64,000 nt of DNA from Felis catus (taxonomy: Eukaryota), in the NCBI RefSeq assembly GCF_018350175.1, contig NC_058368.1, positions 113,772,001 to 113,836,000 of the forward strand. Reading direction: 5' to 3'. Below, in pieces: positions 61,731 through 64,000 of the stretch. A program made the position numbers and the translations under genes. The notes under the pieces are model-generated. The model searched no databases and was not told the origin of the DNA. It worked only from the letters and a program-made list of their open reading frames with translations. Numbering within the stretch: the first letter of the stretch is position 1; each line of letters starts with the position of its first letter.

Positions 61731-63339
61731 TACAAGCAAATGAACAGCCTTTTAAAAAGGAGCTAACAAATTCCAATGAACTAAGGAAACTCATTCATAC
61801 GGAGAACTCAATTAAGACATTGACTAGAGGAACCAAACTCAAGTCCAAGTTACAAAAAAGGTAGGGATGGACCTGGAGAGTGGAGAGCAACATCTGGGGT
61901 ATGAAGTGTGATGGGAGGTTGTTAAGGTGAGTAGCTCACAATTAAGACAGAGTTCTCCTTTTTGTGGGCTACCTATGCCACGTAGAGGCAGTAGGGCAGC
62001 CTCAGAATTTCAAGAGCCTTGATTCCCACCTAGTACTTTCTAAATGCATGCGCACACACATGCATATCCTGCATCATGTTACCCAATAAAGTTAATGAGC
62101 CTGAGCTAGCCAGACTCACCTTGGAACATGCATGACCAGCAGAGCACAGATCCAGCACAAGAAAGAAGAAAATCCGAACAGAGACCAAAAGATCATGCCT
62201 CTCTTCACAAACCCCCACTTTATTAAACTTGTTGACATTTGACTTAATAAGACTACATAAACTCATTTGTGCCTCATGACAATTCTGACCATCTTCCTTG
62301 CATTAAAGAGGCTTATAGGCAACTCGTAGAAGGCTAGACAAGGTCATAGCTTTCCTAATATGCTCAGAGTCCCCTCCAGCCTCAGCCAAGGCCCTGAGGA
62401 CCACTGCATGAGGCAGATGTTACCATGGGATGGCACACGTAGAGGGATCTGCACCAAGTCTAAAATGCTAAGTCCCCCATAAATGATTTTTCTAACTTCA
62501 GTTGCCACAACTTTCCATAATGCTTCACAGCGTACTGCACATCTAGCGGTCTCACAGCACCAACCATGACATCATCTAGAGGTGTCACAACACTGTCCCT
62601 TGACATAATCTGGGGAAGTCACAACATTCCCCATGATTTAATCCAGGTGCTGTACTAGGGCTTCTTCTGAAAATACCTTGTTTCTTAATCCCAAGAACAG
62701 TCTCTGTGGTCTGAGCACCCACCCAAACTGCCCATAAGAAGAAACATCAGCCCCCAGAAGGAATTACTATCTGAACCACAAACCCTCTGAAAAACCTACA
62801 ACCACCTACAGCCTACTTTTCTTTTTTTGAAGCTCAAACCCTCTGTCTGGCCCCCTAGTTCTGTATAAGAGAATTACAGGAAACTCACCATAACATTTCA
62901 GTACACACCTCCCTGTTCCTTTCCCAAGGGAACTTGAGCTAATCCAAACTCTCTCTACAATATATAGCAGGCTCCTTTCAATAAAGTGCATGGAAATTGG
63001 AGCCCCAAAATTATTACAGAAAATACATTTCCTGGGCAATAATGTATTTATTCTTAGAAGCAATCTTCTTAATCTTTTCTATCCTTTGCACTGCTAATAA
63101 CTTCCCTGAGTTATGATAATATTGTATGTTAAATCACAACTGATACAATTAGAGCTGTGTCCAGACCTGCACAGCCCTGTCAGAGCTGTGGGTAAACTCA
63201 CACCTGCTTCTGGAACATCCCAAACCTCATTTCCAAAGGCAGGAAAGTAGAGAAACTGGAGAGATGTGTTCTTGCCCTACGAGGTAAAATATTTGTTGCA
63301 GGTGGCTGATCTGGGGGAAATACAATGTGGCCAGGAACA

Positions 63340-63555
63340 CGGGTTTTAGACTCCAGCAGACTGAAATTAAAATTTACTGGCTCAGTCACCTAACAGCCAC
63401 ATGGCCCTAGGCAAGTTATGAAATTTTTTGAGCACCTGGTTTCTTATATATAAAATGGAGATGACAACAGTACTTACTTCTGAGGGTTATAAGAGAGAAC
63501 ATCATAAAGTTGCCAGCACTAAGCATGGCACAAGGGAAGCACTTAATAAACAACA
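63340..63555 (+). mobile_element. MIR fragment
   Basis: GGCCCTAGGCAAGTTATGAA..TTTCTTATATATAAAATGGAGATGACAACAGTACTTACTTC..GGGTTATAAGAG. Confidence 0.75.
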
Positions 63556-64000
63556 GTCATTAATAATACATTATGCTGGGGATGCCTCTTATTAACTTTG
63601 AGCTTTGAGATTTGGTGTAGGAGCTGTTCTTAGGATGTGAGAACCAGGTGTCTGGGTAGCAACCATGATTCAGCTGTGGTTTCAGGAACCATATTCACTG
63701 CCTGGCAATGTGCTTTGGTGCCACCACTCGTCAGGCATCCCTTCACCCTCAGATGGCTAAAAGCTGTCAGTGTCATTCACACAGAGCAGTGGTCCACTTT
63801 GGGCTTCAACATTTCCATTTTGTTATGCTATTTCAGAGATGATTGAACAAAAATGGATATGAGCAACCACACAGTCCAAAACCAAAACCTCACACATGAG
63901 GAAATTAAATCATTCAATTCAATAAACCCCCTATCTACCTCATATCCCAGATCATTATTTCTTCTAAGTCACTCCTATTCATCCTTCATTAATTGAGTCA

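Overview
Mammalian nuclear DNA from a cat-family (felid) genome, judged from about 25 tRNA-derived carnivore SINEs of the felid type and a felid-type LINE-1 3' end. The window looks intronic or intergenic and is rich in repeats: SINEs (many with readable target-site duplications, TSDs), LINE-1 of several ages, a HAL1-like element, L2, MIR, MaLR/ERVL/ERV1 LTRs, hAT-type MITEs and microsatellites. Two processed retrocopies are clear: ATP5MF (ATP synthase subunit f; full-length 88-codon ORF still open, 40611-40877) and RPL9 (dead, about 61009-61730). I could not identify an exon of a host gene, and almost all ORFs in the track are chance or repeat-derived. I did not find a convincing new biological system. 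The best leads are the open-frame ATP5MF retrocopy, nested and serial insertions, an L1 missing most of ORF2, a close inverted SINE pair, and two faint protein-like relics (RTE-type reverse transcriptase, RRM-like) that need a database search. Repeat family names and protein comparisons come from recalled consensus sequences, not from a search; boundaries of old repeats are approximate.
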